DNA from: Myxococcota bacterium
GTDB taxonomy: Bacteria; Myxococcota_A; UBA9042; PHBI01; JAWLBL01
Assembly (NCBI GenBank): GCA_041687695.1
Contig: JAWLBL010000027.1
Span: 32,001-96,000, forward strand
DNA: 64,000 bases
Reading direction: 5' to 3'
Shown: positions 12,049 through 21,823 of the stretch, in pieces
How the letters are laid out: the number at the start of each line of letters is the position of its first letter
How positions within the stretch are numbered: position 1 is the stretch's first letter
Program-made: the position numbers and the translations under genes
Notes under the pieces: generated by a model
The model's input: the letters and a program-made list of their open reading frames with translations, nothing else
Told to the model about the DNA's origin: nothing
Database searches by the model: none

Positions 12049-12761
12049 GGTACCTGGTCCCCATCGCGATCGTCGCGCTGGTCCTCGTCGGCGCGGCGAC
12101 CGCCCTGTGGGGCTGGCCGGGCTCGTGGGCGGCCCTCGGGCTCCTGCCGGCGGCGCTCGTCGGCGGCACGTACGCCCACGTGCGCGGCGCGCTCGACAAG
12201 AGGCACGACATGCGGGTGGGCGTCATCGGCATCGGCCTCGGGCTGACGCTGGTGGCCCTGCCCGGCTCGCTGCTGGTCATGTCGGCCGTGAACGATCCCA
12301 GCGAGGTGGTCGTCGAGGAGACCCTCACCATCTCTGGCTCGCCCGAGCGCGTCTGGTCCGTCGTCGGCGATCCCGCCCAACGCGCGCGCTGGAACACCTG
12401 GGTCAAGGAGATCGAGCCCATCGGCGACCTCTCCGCGCCCGGTCTCGGGCAGCGCTACCGCTCGACGCTCGAGCTGGGCGGACGCGGCCGGCTCCCCGTC
12501 GAGCACCACGTGACCGAGGTCACCGCGGGCCGCGCGCTGGTCTGGCAGGTCCAGTTCACGACCGGCGCGGCCGTCGAGGACCTGCTCGAGGGCGTCCACG
12601 TGGCCGAGGTCGACGCGGCCGCCAGTCGCGTCACCTACCGGCTGACCTACCGCGCCCCCACCGTGCTCTCGCGCGTCGCCAACCGCGTCATGCTCGAGCC
12701 CGCCCTGCGCGACCTGGCCCAGCAGAGCCTCTCCCAGCTCGCGCGGGTGCTCGGCGAGTAG
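12045..12761 (+). CDS. Membrane-anchored SRPBCC/START-like (polyketide cyclase-type) protein; start uncertain
   Basis: EETLTISGSPERVWSVVGDP...WNTWV resembles SRPBCC. The hydrophobic reading frame extends back to a CTG at 12045 that overlaps the upstream stop; the ORF track starts it at 12180. Confidence 0.65.
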   Translation: MRYLVPIAIVALVLVGAATALWGWPGSWAALGLLPAALVGGTYAHVRGALDKRHDMRVGVIGIGLGLTLVALPGSLLVMSAVNDPSEVVVEETLTISGSPERVWSVVGDPAQRARWNTWVKEIEPIGDLSAPGLGQRYRSTLELGGRGRLPVEHHVTEVTAGRALVWQVQFTTGAAVEDLLEGVHVAEVDAAASRVTYRLTYRAPTVLSRVANRVMLEPALRDLAQQSLSQLARVLGE

Positions 12762-12767
12762 CCGCCC

Positions 12768-13931
12768 GTGCTCACCGCCCTCGCGCCCCTGACCGTCCGC
12801 ACGGCCCCCGGCGTCGCCGCCGTCCCGCCGGCCGACTGGGACGCGCTGACCCACGGCGACAGCCCCTTCGTCGAGCACGCCTTCCTGGCCGGGCTCGAGG
12901 CGACCGGCTCCGTCGGGCCCGAGACCGCCTGGCGGCCGACGCCGCTGCTGGCCTACTCGGGCGAGCAGCTGGTCGGGGCCGCGCCCGCCTACGTCAAGAC
13001 CGACTCGATGGGCGAGTTCGTCTACGACTGGGCCTGGGCCGACGCCGCGCGCCGGATCGGCGTCCGCTACTACCCCAAGCTGGTCATCGCCGCGCCGTTC
13101 AGCCCGGTCGGCGGCCGGCGCCTGCTGACGCACCCGAGCCTGGCCGAGCCGCTGGCCACCCAGGTGCGCGGCGCCCTGCTCGCCGCGGCGCTCGAGCTGG
13201 CCGACCAGGCCCGCCTGCACGGCGTCCACGTGCTGTTCTGCGCCGAGGACGAGGTCGCCGCCGCGACGGAGCTCGGCTTCGCCCACCGCCTGGGTGTCCA
13301 GCTCCACTGGCGCAACGAGGGCTACCGCGACTTCGACGACTTCCTCGGGCGCTTCTCGTCCAAGCGCCGCAACCAGATCCGCCGCGAGCGCCGCCGCGTC
13401 CGCGAGGCCGGCGTCGACGTGCGCTCGCTGGCCGGCGCCGAGGTCGAGGACGCGCACCTCGACCCGGCCTTTCGCTTCTACGTCTCGACGGTCGAGCAGT
13501 TCGCCTGGGGGCGCCAGTACCTGAGCCGCGACTTCTTCGAGCACCTGTGGCGCGCCCAACGCGAGCGCTTGCACCTGACCCTGGCGACCCACGAGGGCCG
13601 CCCCATCGCCGGAGCCGTCGATCTGGCGAAGGCCGGCCGGCGCTACGGCCGCTACTGGGGCGCCGACGCGACGGTCGACGCCCTGCACTTCGAGGTCTGC
13701 GCCTACGCGCCCATCGAGGACGCCATCCGCCGCGGGCTCGGCGCCTTCGAGGCGGGCGCCGGCAACTACGAGCACAAGCTCGCGCGCGGCTTCCTCCCGG
13801 CCTTCACCCACAGCGTCCACTGGCTGGCCGAGCCGCGTTTCTTCGAGGCCGTCGCCGACTTCTGCGCCCGCGAGGCCGCCCACGTCCGCGCCGACGCCGA
13901 GCAGGCCGCCCAGCGCGTGTTCGTCCGCTGA
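12768..13931 (+). CDS. GNAT-fold FemAB-like protein (DUF482 family)
   Basis: SPFVEHAFLAGLE, YVKTDSMGEFVYDWAWADA, YYPKL...PFSPV, WRNEGYRDFDDFL, YGRYWG, LHFEVCAY, FEAGAG..EHKLARGF. Confidence 0.9.
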   Translation: MLTALAPLTVRTAPGVAAVPPADWDALTHGDSPFVEHAFLAGLEATGSVGPETAWRPTPLLAYSGEQLVGAAPAYVKTDSMGEFVYDWAWADAARRIGVRYYPKLVIAAPFSPVGGRRLLTHPSLAEPLATQVRGALLAAALELADQARLHGVHVLFCAEDEVAAATELGFAHRLGVQLHWRNEGYRDFDDFLGRFSSKRRNQIRRERRRVREAGVDVRSLAGAEVEDAHLDPAFRFYVSTVEQFAWGRQYLSRDFFEHLWRAQRERLHLTLATHEGRPIAGAVDLAKAGRRYGRYWGADATVDALHFEVCAYAPIEDAIRRGLGAFEAGAGNYEHKLARGFLPAFTHSVHWLAEPRFFEAVADFCAREAAHVRADAEQAAQRVFVR

Positions 13932-13999
13932 CCGCCGCCTTGACCCTCGCCGAGGCCTGTCCGACCTTCGAGCCATCCCCGCCGCCCCTCGAGATCTCC

Positions 14000-14530
14000 A
14001 TGACGACCTCGACCTTCACCACCGACGCCCCCCCGCCCGCCGGCGCCACGATCCCCGTCGTGACCGCCGGCGTCTGGCGCCGCGGCGTCGCCCTGGCCCT
14101 CGATCTCATCCCGCTGGTCACCCTGTGGGCCTTTGGCGTCGCGGCCTTGCTGGACCTCGGCGAGCTGCCCGACACGCAGTGGAACCCCTTCGACACGCTG
14201 GTCGACGTGGTGAACCACCAGCCGGGCGCCATCGCCGCGCCGACGCTCCTGCTCGGCCTGATGCTCTTCGCCTGGCCCTTGCTGTTCCAGCGGTTCGGCC
14301 GCGGGACGCCGGGCAAGCGGATCACCGGCCTGGCCCTGGTGAACGAGCACGGCCGGCCCCTGCCCGGCGACCGCCTGGCCCTGTGGTGCGCCCTGCGCGT
14401 CCTGGGCCTGGGCCTGGTCCTGGTCGGCCCCCTCTGGGCGCTGGTCGACCCGCAGCGACGCACGCCCTACGACCGCATCGCAGGGGCGTGGGTCGTGGTC
14501 GCCGAGCGCAGCGCCCTGCCCCGCGCCTGA
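14000..14530 (+). CDS. RDD family membrane protein
   Basis: AGVWRRGVALALD, GTPGKRITGL, WALVDPQRRTPYDRIAGAWVV. Confidence 0.85.
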   Translation: MTTSTFTTDAPPPAGATIPVVTAGVWRRGVALALDLIPLVTLWAFGVAALLDLGELPDTQWNPFDTLVDVVNHQPGAIAAPTLLLGLMLFAWPLLFQRFGRGTPGKRITGLALVNEHGRPLPGDRLALWCALRVLGLGLVLVGPLWALVDPQRRTPYDRIAGAWVVVAERSALPRA

Positions 14531-14580
14531 GCCCGCCGGGTCGCCCAATTTGCGGCCCGAGTGCCGCAACGCCCAGTTAT

Positions 14581-14609
14581 TTGACCCTCTTCTTGACCGC
14601 TCATAGGTT
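14581..14609 (+). promoter_or_regulatory. Candidate sigma70 promoter of the outer-membrane protein gene
   Basis: TTGACC-17 bp-TAGGTT in an AT-richer patch ~70 bp upstream of ATG 14679. Confidence 0.55.
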
Positions 14610-14678
14610 GGCCCCGGTCCGCGGCCGAAGCGTCTCGGACCACCTCAGGCAACCTACCCCTCCTGAAAGGAACCGGTC

Positions 14679-15197
14679 ATGAAGAAGCTCGTCCTACTCG
14701 CGACGCTCCTCGGGCTCGCCATCCCCACGGCCGCCTCGGCCAAGACCCTCGAAGGTCGCTTCGGCGTTGGCGGTGAGGCTGGACTGACCCCAGGCCACGG
14801 CGGCCTGAGCCTCAAGTACTGGGCTGGCAACTTCGGCATCCAGGGCCTCATCGGGATGCAGATCGCCACCTTCGACAGCACCGCGGACGGAGTTGCGGAT
14901 CCGGACAGCATCACCAACCTGCAGCTCGATCTGCGCGCCCTTTACAACTTCGCGCGTACTGAACAGACGAACCTGTACGTCGGCGGTGGTGTCGCCCTCG
15001 GCCTCATCGACGCCGACAGCTTCGGTATCGAGCTGCTCCTCGGCGCCGAGCACTTCTTCAGCGACTGGTTCTCGGTCTCGGGCATCGTCGGCTTGCCCAT
15101 CGCGCTGGGTGTCGAGGTCGCCCCCGGCATCGAGTCGACGTCCGCCAGCCTCGGCAGCGTGATCAACTGGGGCGGCGGCTTCCACTTCTACTTCTGA
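14679..15197 (+). CDS. Small outer-membrane beta-barrel protein
   Basis: Signal peptide MKKLVLLATLLGLAIPTAASA, alternating Gly/aromatic strands, C-terminal GGGFHFYF beta-signal; AAGGA SD. Confidence 0.8.
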   Translation: MKKLVLLATLLGLAIPTAASAKTLEGRFGVGGEAGLTPGHGGLSLKYWAGNFGIQGLIGMQIATFDSTADGVADPDSITNLQLDLRALYNFARTEQTNLYVGGGVALGLIDADSFGIELLLGAEHFFSDWFSVSGIVGLPIALGVEVAPGIESTSASLGSVINWGGGFHFYF

Positions 15198-15339
15198 GCC
15201 CAGCCCCCTCCGCCCGCTCCTTGCGGGCGCCCGTGGCCCCGTGACGCGCTCGACGCGTCCGGGGCCGCGTCGCTTCGAAAGACGGCATCCCCCTGAAATC
15301 CAAGCCCAATTCCCGCCACCTGGCCGCCCGGGAGTGAAG

Positions 15340-15368
15340 TTGAAAAGGGGGCCGACGGGGGGTATAAC
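15340..15368 (+). promoter_or_regulatory. Candidate sigma70 promoter of the Ser/Thr kinase
   Basis: TTGAAA-17 bp-TATAAC, 33 bp upstream of TTG 15402. Confidence 0.55.
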
Positions 15369-15401
15369 CGGGGGCCTGCAGCCCACTGGGCGAGAGGGAC
15401 C

Positions 15402-16745
15402 TTGAAGACCTGCCCGAAATGCACCGCTTCCCTGGACGACGCCGTTCGGTTCTGCCCAGCCTGCGGCACCGACGTCCGGACCAGCGATCGGCGCGATCCG
15501 CTCATCGGGCGGGTCATCGCCAACAACTTCCGCGTCGTCGAGCCGCTCGGCTCCGGCGCGATGGGCACGATCTACAAGGCCGAGCAGCTCTCGCTGGGCA
15601 AGACGATCGTCATCAAGGTCCTCCACCGCCACCTGCTGGGGGACCCGACGCTCAGCAAGCGCTTCCACCGCGAGGCGCGCGCCGCCAGCCTGCTCAACCA
15701 TCCGAACTGCATCCAGGTCATCGACTTCGGCCAGACCGAAGACCAGATGCTCTACATCGCGATGGAGCACATCGACGGCGTCGATCTCGCCGATCTGCTG
15801 TACCAGGAGTACCCGCTCGATCCGCGGCGCATCATCCACATCGTCAAGCAGATCTGCATGGCGCTCGACGAAGCGCACGCCAACGGCGTCCTGCACCGTG
15901 ATCTCAAGCCCGAGAACATCATGGTGGAGGACCGCCGCAACGTGAAGGACTTCGTCAAGGTCCTCGACTTCGGCATCGCCAAGCTGCAGGACAACAGCCC
16001 CGGCGCGGGCGGCGCCAACACCTTCCAGACCGTCGCGGGCGTCGTCTGCGGCACCCCCGAGTACATGAGCCCCGAGCAGGCCCGCGGCGAGAAGCTCGAC
16101 GGCCGCTCCGACCTCTACTCCGTGGGCATCCTGCTCTACCAGCTGCTGACCAACCAGCTTCCCTTCGAGGCGGACAGCGCCCTGGGCGTCGTCACCAAGC
16201 ACCTGACCGAGCAGCCCCGCCCGCCGCGGCAGCTGAACCCGGGCGTGCTCCCGGCGCTCGAGGCGCTGTGCCTGTCGCTGTGCGCCAAGAACCGCGACAT
16301 GCGGCCGCCGGCGGCGCTCGACGTCATCGCCGAGCTCGACCGCATCGACCGCGAGATCGAGGCCCAGCGCCGCCAAGCCCTGCTCAACGCGACCGACTCC
16401 GATCGCACCGTCGTCGAGCTCAAGCCCATCCAGCTGCAAGAGCTCGAGAGCGCGCGCGCCGCGTACGATCAACGCGTCGCCGCCGCGGGCGGGCCCGCCG
16501 TCGACTCCATGCGCGACACCGTCCCCGGGACCGCGGCCTCGCGCGAGTACTCGAACCAGCTCAAGGCCGGCCTGCCCCACACGCCGACCGCGGTGAACGC
16601 CGCGGCCCGCGTCGGGCGCGGCGAGGCGGTCGCCAGCGTCGAGGACGGCGACCAGTCCAACGTTCGGCTGTGGCTCATCACCGCCCTGGTCGCCACGGCG
16701 GTCGCGCTGGGCGGCTGGCTCGTCTACCGCGTCATCGGCGGCTGA
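15402..16745 (+). CDS. Hanks-type Ser/Thr protein kinase with an N-terminal zinc ribbon and a C-terminal TM helix
   Basis: CPKC...CPAC; LGSGAMG, VIKVL, HRDLKPEN, DFG, GTPEYMSPEQ, DLYSVG; hydrophobic tail LWLITALVATAVALGGWLVY. Confidence 0.93.
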   Translation: MKTCPKCTASLDDAVRFCPACGTDVRTSDRRDPLIGRVIANNFRVVEPLGSGAMGTIYKAEQLSLGKTIVIKVLHRHLLGDPTLSKRFHREARAASLLNHPNCIQVIDFGQTEDQMLYIAMEHIDGVDLADLLYQEYPLDPRRIIHIVKQICMALDEAHANGVLHRDLKPENIMVEDRRNVKDFVKVLDFGIAKLQDNSPGAGGANTFQTVAGVVCGTPEYMSPEQARGEKLDGRSDLYSVGILLYQLLTNQLPFEADSALGVVTKHLTEQPRPPRQLNPGVLPALEALCLSLCAKNRDMRPPAALDVIAELDRIDREIEAQRRQALLNATDSDRTVVELKPIQLQELESARAAYDQRVAAAGGPAVDSMRDTVPGTAASREYSNQLKAGLPHTPTAVNAAARVGRGEAVASVEDGDQSNVRLWLITALVATAVALGGWLVYRVIGG

Positions 16746-16797
16746 CGCCAGGCGCGCGCGAGCGGGTCGGGCTCGCCGGCCGGGCTTCGAACGACCA

Positions 16798-16821
16798 AGG
16801 GGCGGCCCTCGAGCCGCCCCT
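16798..16821. terminator. Hairpin between the convergent kinase and FHA genes
   Basis: AGGGGCGGC-CCTCGA-GCCGCCCCT, with T-containing tails on both strands. Confidence 0.55.
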
Positions 16822-16853
16822 GTTCGTCTCGCGGGCCGCGACGGCGTCCGCGA

Positions 16854-17639
16854 TCAGCCCAGCTCGACCCGCAGCAGCTGGCGCCCGATGAACAGGAAGT
16901 CGCCGTCCTTCACCGGGGTCGGCTGCTTGACCTTGACGTAGGTGCCGTTGCGGCTGTCGAGATCCTTGAGGAAGAAGCCGTCGTCCCGCTCCTCGACCCG
17001 GCAGTGATAGCGGCTGATGTAGCGGTCGTGGATGAAGCTGAGGTCGCAGTCCTCGCGCCCCAGGGTCACCGAGCGCTTGCGCGCGCAGTACACGAGGCCC
17101 GGACGTCCGCCCTGGAGCACCTGCACGAGCCGGAACCGCCACGGCGTGATGGGCGTGCCGCCGAAGGTCGCGCCGTCGGCGCCCGGGATCGGGCTCTGCG
17201 GCTCGAAGCGCTCGAAGCGCAGGATCTGCTCGCCGGCGAGGAACTCCTCGCCCGGCGTCAGCCGCGCCGGCTCGTAGATCCGGATGTAGGTCCCGTTGCG
17301 GCTGCCCTCGTCGCGCACGAACAGGCGGTTGCCTTCGTAGTAGAAGTTCGCGTGCGTGGGCGAGACGGTGGGATCGTCGGGGAAGAGGATGGGCCCCTTG
17401 ATCCGGCCGGCCGGATGCTCCTGGCCGTGCAGCTGGAACGTGAAGCCGTCGGCCCCGTCGCCCCGGATGAGCCGCAGCCGCGCCTTGCGAGCGCTCGCCG
17501 GCGTGCCGCCTCCGGACGGAGCGGCGCTGCCCGAGGGCGCGTCGACCAGCTCGGGGCCGCCGATGATGATGTGGCCGCAGTTTCCACAGAATTTGTGGCC
17601 GGTGCCGACCGGGTGGCCACACGCGGTACACTTCGTCAT
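16854..17639 (-). CDS. Zinc-ribbon plus tandem FHA domain protein
   Basis: CTACG...CGNCG; AGR...VSPTHA...RDEGSRNGTY; LGR...ISRYHC...KDLDSRNGTY...DGDFLFIG. Confidence 0.9.
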   Translation of the reverse strand: MTKCTACGHPVGTGHKFCGNCGHIIIGGPELVDAPSGSAAPSGGGTPASARKARLRLIRGDGADGFTFQLHGQEHPAGRIKGPILFPDDPTVSPTHANFYYEGNRLFVRDEGSRNGTYIRIYEPARLTPGEEFLAGEQILRFERFEPQSPIPGADGATFGGTPITPWRFRLVQVLQGGRPGLVYCARKRSVTLGREDCDLSFIHDRYISRYHCRVEERDDGFFLKDLDSRNGTYVKVKQPTPVKDGDFLFIGRQLLRVELG

Positions 17640-17699
17640 TCGGGCCCCTCGCGCCGATCCGAAACCCGTGCGAACTATAGAAGTTGCCTCGCCAGACCG

Positions 17700-20600
17700 T
17701 CAAGGAGACCGGCCCGCCGACGGACCCGCGAGCGCCTCTCGCGCGGCGCGACGCATCCGCGGCTCGCCGGACCGGGCGATCCGCTCGAGCGCCTGACGGG
17801 CGCTGGGATCGGGCTGACGCCCCAGGGCGGCGATCGCCTCGAGCGCGACGTCCGGCACGGGATCGGCCAGCGCGTCGATCAGCGCCCCCAGCAGGGCGCC
17901 ATCGGCCCGTCCCACCGCAGCCAGGGCGGATTGCCGTACCGTCGCCACCGGATCACGCGCGAGCACGATCATCGCCCCGGCCGCGCCCGACGTCCCCACC
18001 CGTCCCAGGGCCCGCGCCAGCGCGATCCGCAGCAGCGGGTCGTCGGCCGTCTCGGGCGCCGCGCTGGCACGGGCCAAGGCCGCCGCCAGCGCGGTCGCCC
18101 CTGGCCTCCCGGCGTCCGCCGCCGCCTGCGCCGCGCCCAGCCGGACCTCGGGCGCGGTCGCCGCGAGCGCGGCGGCGATCCCACCTTCGACGGCCGCGGC
18201 GGCGAAGGGCCCCTGCTCGTCCGTGGCGAGCGCCCCGAGCGCGCGCAGGGCGGCCGCCTGCAGCGTCGGCCCATGGGATCCCGCGACGAGCCCCAGCAGC
18301 TGAGGCGCATGAGGCTCGAGCCGTCCCGCGATCCAGGCCGAGATCCGCGCGTCGGCGCAGGCCTCGGGCACGAGCGGCGCGAGGCAGGGTGCCCCGACGG
18401 CGTCGCGGCTGAGCCCGCCGAGCAGCGCTAGCATCGCCGCGCGCTCGTGAGACCCCAGGATCACCGTCAGGCGCCGGTCGACGAGCGTGGCCACGGCCTG
18501 CAGGTCCTGCAGCCGGCGCGCCCCGTCGGGGGCGTCGACCTCGCGGCTGGCCGCGACGAGGTGTGTCGGGTCGCGCGAGAGCCGGTTCGATCCGAGGTCG
18601 GCGAAGGCGCCGTAGGCCGCCGCGACCGCAGCGTCGGCCTGCTCGGACCGGGGACCGGTCGGGGCGTCCGCCCGCGCGGCGGTCAACAACGCGCGGCCCA
18701 CCTCGGCCTGGACCTCTTCGGGGCCGCGCCACAGATGGGCCGCGAGGGCCTCGCGCGCCTCGGGCGTCCCGACGCGGCCCAGGGCCCAGGCGGCGAGGCG
18801 CGCCTCCTCGGAGCTGCCGGTGGCGAGGGCCGCGGTGAAGGTCCGGACGCTGCTGGGCGCGCCGATGCGACCGAGCGCCCAGAGCGCGGCGCGGCGCACC
18901 TCGCCGCGGGACTCGGTCGTCGCCATGGGCTCGAGCGTCGGCGCCGACTCGGGCGACGCGAGGTGCCCCAGCGCCAGCGCGACCAGCTCGCGCACGCGGG
19001 CGTCCGGCAGGCGCACGAGGCCGTGGAGGGCGGTCCGCGCCTCGGCCGCCTCGACCAGGCCGAGCGCCCAGATGGCGGCGTCGCGGTTGTCGCGGTGCGG
19101 GCCGGCCGCCATGCGGGCGAGGGCCCCCGCGGCGGCGGCCCCGCCGACGTGGCCCAGGGCGACCGCCGCCTGGAACTGCATCAGGGCGTCGGCTCCGTCG
19201 GCCAGGCGGGCCAGGGCTGGCGCGGCGCCGCTGGGGCGGGCGAGCCGGAGGACGTCCAGCGCCCGCGAGCGCACCGCCACGTCGGCGTCGCCTATTGCGT
19301 CGAGCAGGACCTTGAGGCCCCGGGTGCCCAGGGCGTCGAGCTCGGCCCGGCGCTCGGCCGGCGGCGCCTGCGACCACGCGATCTGCTGGGCGAGGAGGGC
19401 GTACACGTCGACCAGCAGCTTGAGGTAGACGCCGCGATCGCGTCGCGTGGCGGCCAGCGGACGGAGCAGCTCCTCGGTCGCCTCGAGGCGCTGGGCGACC
19501 ATCGCGACCTGCAGCAGCCGTCGGCCGGCCCGCAGCGCGTCGGACGGGTCGCTCGCCTCGCGCACGATGTCGCCGAGGACCTGCTCCTCGCGCACCAGGT
19601 TGCTCAGCTCCCGGTACAGGCCGGCCAGCTTGAACCGGACGCTCTGGTTGCGGGGATCGAGCGCGAGCGCCTGACGCCAGGCCTCGGCCGCTTCGCCGAG
19701 GCGCCCCATGCGGACGTACAGCTCGCCGACCTTGAGGTGGGCGCCCGGATCGGCCGGGTGCAGCGCGACCACCTTGCGCATGAGGTCGAGCGCGCGCGGC
19801 GCGTCGCCGAGCGACAGGGCCAGCTCCGCGGCGCGGTGCATCGCGTCGGCGGCCGCCGGCGGGTTGGCGCGGGCCAGCTGCTCGAGCACCTCGATGGCCT
19901 CGTGCAGCTTGTTCTGGCGCGTGAAGACGATCTCCAGACCGCTCAGCGTCTCGGAGTCGTCCGGGTGCAGCGCGCGCAGCCGCTCGAGCACCCGCCGCGC
20001 CTCCTCGTAGCGCCGCAGCCGCAGGTACGCCGACCCGAGGAAGCGCCCCGCCTCGACGTCCGGCGGCGTCGCCCCGAACCGCGCCGTCAGCCGCTCGATC
20101 TCGGCCTCGAGCCGGCCCTCGCGCTCCCACAGGCCGACGATGTGCCGCCGGGCCTCGCGCGCCACCGGGGGATCGCCATCCGAGCCGCGATCCAGCACGC
20201 GCCGCCACAGCGCCTGCGCCTTGGTGAACTGCTTCTCGCGCTCGAGCATCAGCGCGTACGCCTTGGCGAAGCGGTCGTTGTCGGGCTCGCGCTCGAGCGC
20301 CTGCTCGAAGGCCTGCGCCGCCTCGGCCGTCATGTCGTGCTCGCCATAGACCTCGGCCAGCAGGAACCACCCCTCGCCCGGGCTCCGCCCCATGGCCGTC
20401 AGCCGCTTCCAGGTCGCCAGCGCCCGCGCCTTGTCGTTCTGCGTCCAGTAGTACTCGCCCAGGCTGACGACGTGCGCCTCCTCGTTCGGCTCGAGGCGCA
20501 TCAGGATCTTGTACTCGGCCTCGATGCGCGCCCGGTGCTCCTTGTCGCCATATCGGATCGTCAGGTCGATGACCGCCTGGTGGACGCCCGGATCGCTGGC

Positions 20601-21791
20601 GTGCCGCTTCGACAGGCGCGCCAGCAGCTCGAAGCCGTCCCGGGCGCGCCCCTGATGGAACAGCAGCTCGGCCAGGCGCAGCTCGTGCCGCGGCTCGCCC
20701 GGCATGGCTCGGATCAGGGCGCGATAGGCCTCGACGACCTGCTCGGGCTTGCCGACCCGCTCGAGCAGCGCGATGGCCTTGAGGCGCGTCGGCCCGTCGG
20801 AGGGCTGCTTGGCGATGGCCTGCTCGTACAGCGCCAGCGCGCGCGCGTCGTCGGCGACCTCCTCGTACAGGCGCGCCACCGTCAGCAGCAGCGCGCGGCT
20901 GCGGCCGATGCCGGGCTCCCACTCGGCGATGAGCTCGCGCAGCCGATCCTGCCGGCGATACAGCCCGATGAGCCCGTCGAGGAAGCCGCCGCGCGCCCAG
21001 TGCCCGTCGGGCGTCCGCTCGAGCGCCTCGCGCAGCGTCGCCTCGGCGGCGTCGAGCTGGCCCATGCGCTCCTCGACGTCCGCGATCTCCTTCCAGACGA
21101 TGACGAGGTGCTTGAGGTCCCCGCCGGCACGCTTTCGCACCTCGCGCCAGATGGCGAGCGCCGCCTCGTGCTCACCGGCGCGCCCCAGCGCCGCCGCGTG
21201 CTCCATGCGCAGGAACAGGTTGCCGGGCTCGGTCTTGACCAGCGCGTCGAAGTAGCCGTTCGCGCGCGCCACGTCCTTGGCCTCGAGCGCGGTGTCCGCC
21301 GCCGCCTGCAGCGCCTCCTGCCGGCTCGCCTTGTCGAGCGGCAGCGCGACGGCGCGGTCATAGGCGGCGAGCGCCTTGGCCCACTGCTGGCCGCGCCGAT
21401 GGAGCGCCGCCGTCGCCAGGTGCGGGCCCGCGTCCTTGGGCCTGATGGCCGCCGCGCGCTCGTAGGCGGCCAGCGCCTCGGGGACCTCGTCGCCCGCCCG
21501 GCGCAGGTGGCCCAGGACCATCCACGCGGCGAAGTCCTTGGGCTGCTTGGCGACCGCCTCCTCGTAGGCCGCGACGAGGCCGGCCAGCCCGCCCACGGCG
21601 TGGGAGACCTCGAGCAGCCGCCGCAGCGCGTACTGCTGCCCCGGGTCCTCGGCGAGCATCTTGCGGTAGGTCTCGACCAGCGCGGCGTCGCGGTCGGAGG
21701 CCTGCGCCCGCGCCTTGACGGGGGTCGCGGCGGCCCCCAGGGCGACGAGCAGGGCCAGGACCAGGGCGCGGAGCGGGCGGGGCGCGGACAT
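17700..21791 (-). CDS. Large exported TPR and HEAT-repeat protein (1363 aa)
   Basis: Signal peptide MSAPRPLRALVLALLVALGAAATPVKARA; many TPR units (EALAAYERAAAIRPKD, AEAWRQALALDPRN) followed by HEAT units (VRRAALWALGRIG, VALEAIAALG). Confidence 0.85.
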   Translation of the reverse strand: MSAPRPLRALVLALLVALGAAATPVKARAQASDRDAALVETYRKMLAEDPGQQYALRRLLEVSHAVGGLAGLVAAYEEAVAKQPKDFAAWMVLGHLRRAGDEVPEALAAYERAAAIRPKDAGPHLATAALHRRGQQWAKALAAYDRAVALPLDKASRQEALQAAADTALEAKDVARANGYFDALVKTEPGNLFLRMEHAAALGRAGEHEAALAIWREVRKRAGGDLKHLVIVWKEIADVEERMGQLDAAEATLREALERTPDGHWARGGFLDGLIGLYRRQDRLRELIAEWEPGIGRSRALLLTVARLYEEVADDARALALYEQAIAKQPSDGPTRLKAIALLERVGKPEQVVEAYRALIRAMPGEPRHELRLAELLFHQGRARDGFELLARLSKRHASDPGVHQAVIDLTIRYGDKEHRARIEAEYKILMRLEPNEEAHVVSLGEYYWTQNDKARALATWKRLTAMGRSPGEGWFLLAEVYGEHDMTAEAAQAFEQALEREPDNDRFAKAYALMLEREKQFTKAQALWRRVLDRGSDGDPPVAREARRHIVGLWEREGRLEAEIERLTARFGATPPDVEAGRFLGSAYLRLRRYEEARRVLERLRALHPDDSETLSGLEIVFTRQNKLHEAIEVLEQLARANPPAAADAMHRAAELALSLGDAPRALDLMRKVVALHPADPGAHLKVGELYVRMGRLGEAAEAWRQALALDPRNQSVRFKLAGLYRELSNLVREEQVLGDIVREASDPSDALRAGRRLLQVAMVAQRLEATEELLRPLAATRRDRGVYLKLLVDVYALLAQQIAWSQAPPAERRAELDALGTRGLKVLLDAIGDADVAVRSRALDVLRLARPSGAAPALARLADGADALMQFQAAVALGHVGGAAAAGALARMAAGPHRDNRDAAIWALGLVEAAEARTALHGLVRLPDARVRELVALALGHLASPESAPTLEPMATTESRGEVRRAALWALGRIGAPSSVRTFTAALATGSSEEARLAAWALGRVGTPEAREALAAHLWRGPEEVQAEVGRALLTAARADAPTGPRSEQADAAVAAAYGAFADLGSNRLSRDPTHLVAASREVDAPDGARRLQDLQAVATLVDRRLTVILGSHERAAMLALLGGLSRDAVGAPCLAPLVPEACADARISAWIAGRLEPHAPQLLGLVAGSHGPTLQAAALRALGALATDEQGPFAAAAVEGGIAAALAATAPEVRLGAAQAAADAGRPGATALAAALARASAAPETADDPLLRIALARALGRVGTSGAAGAMIVLARDPVATVRQSALAAVGRADGALLGALIDALADPVPDVALEAIAALGRQPDPSARQALERIARSGEPRMRRAAREALAGPSAGRSP

Positions 21792-21823
21792 GCGCGCGAT
21801 GATCCGGCCGCGGCGCCGGCCGG

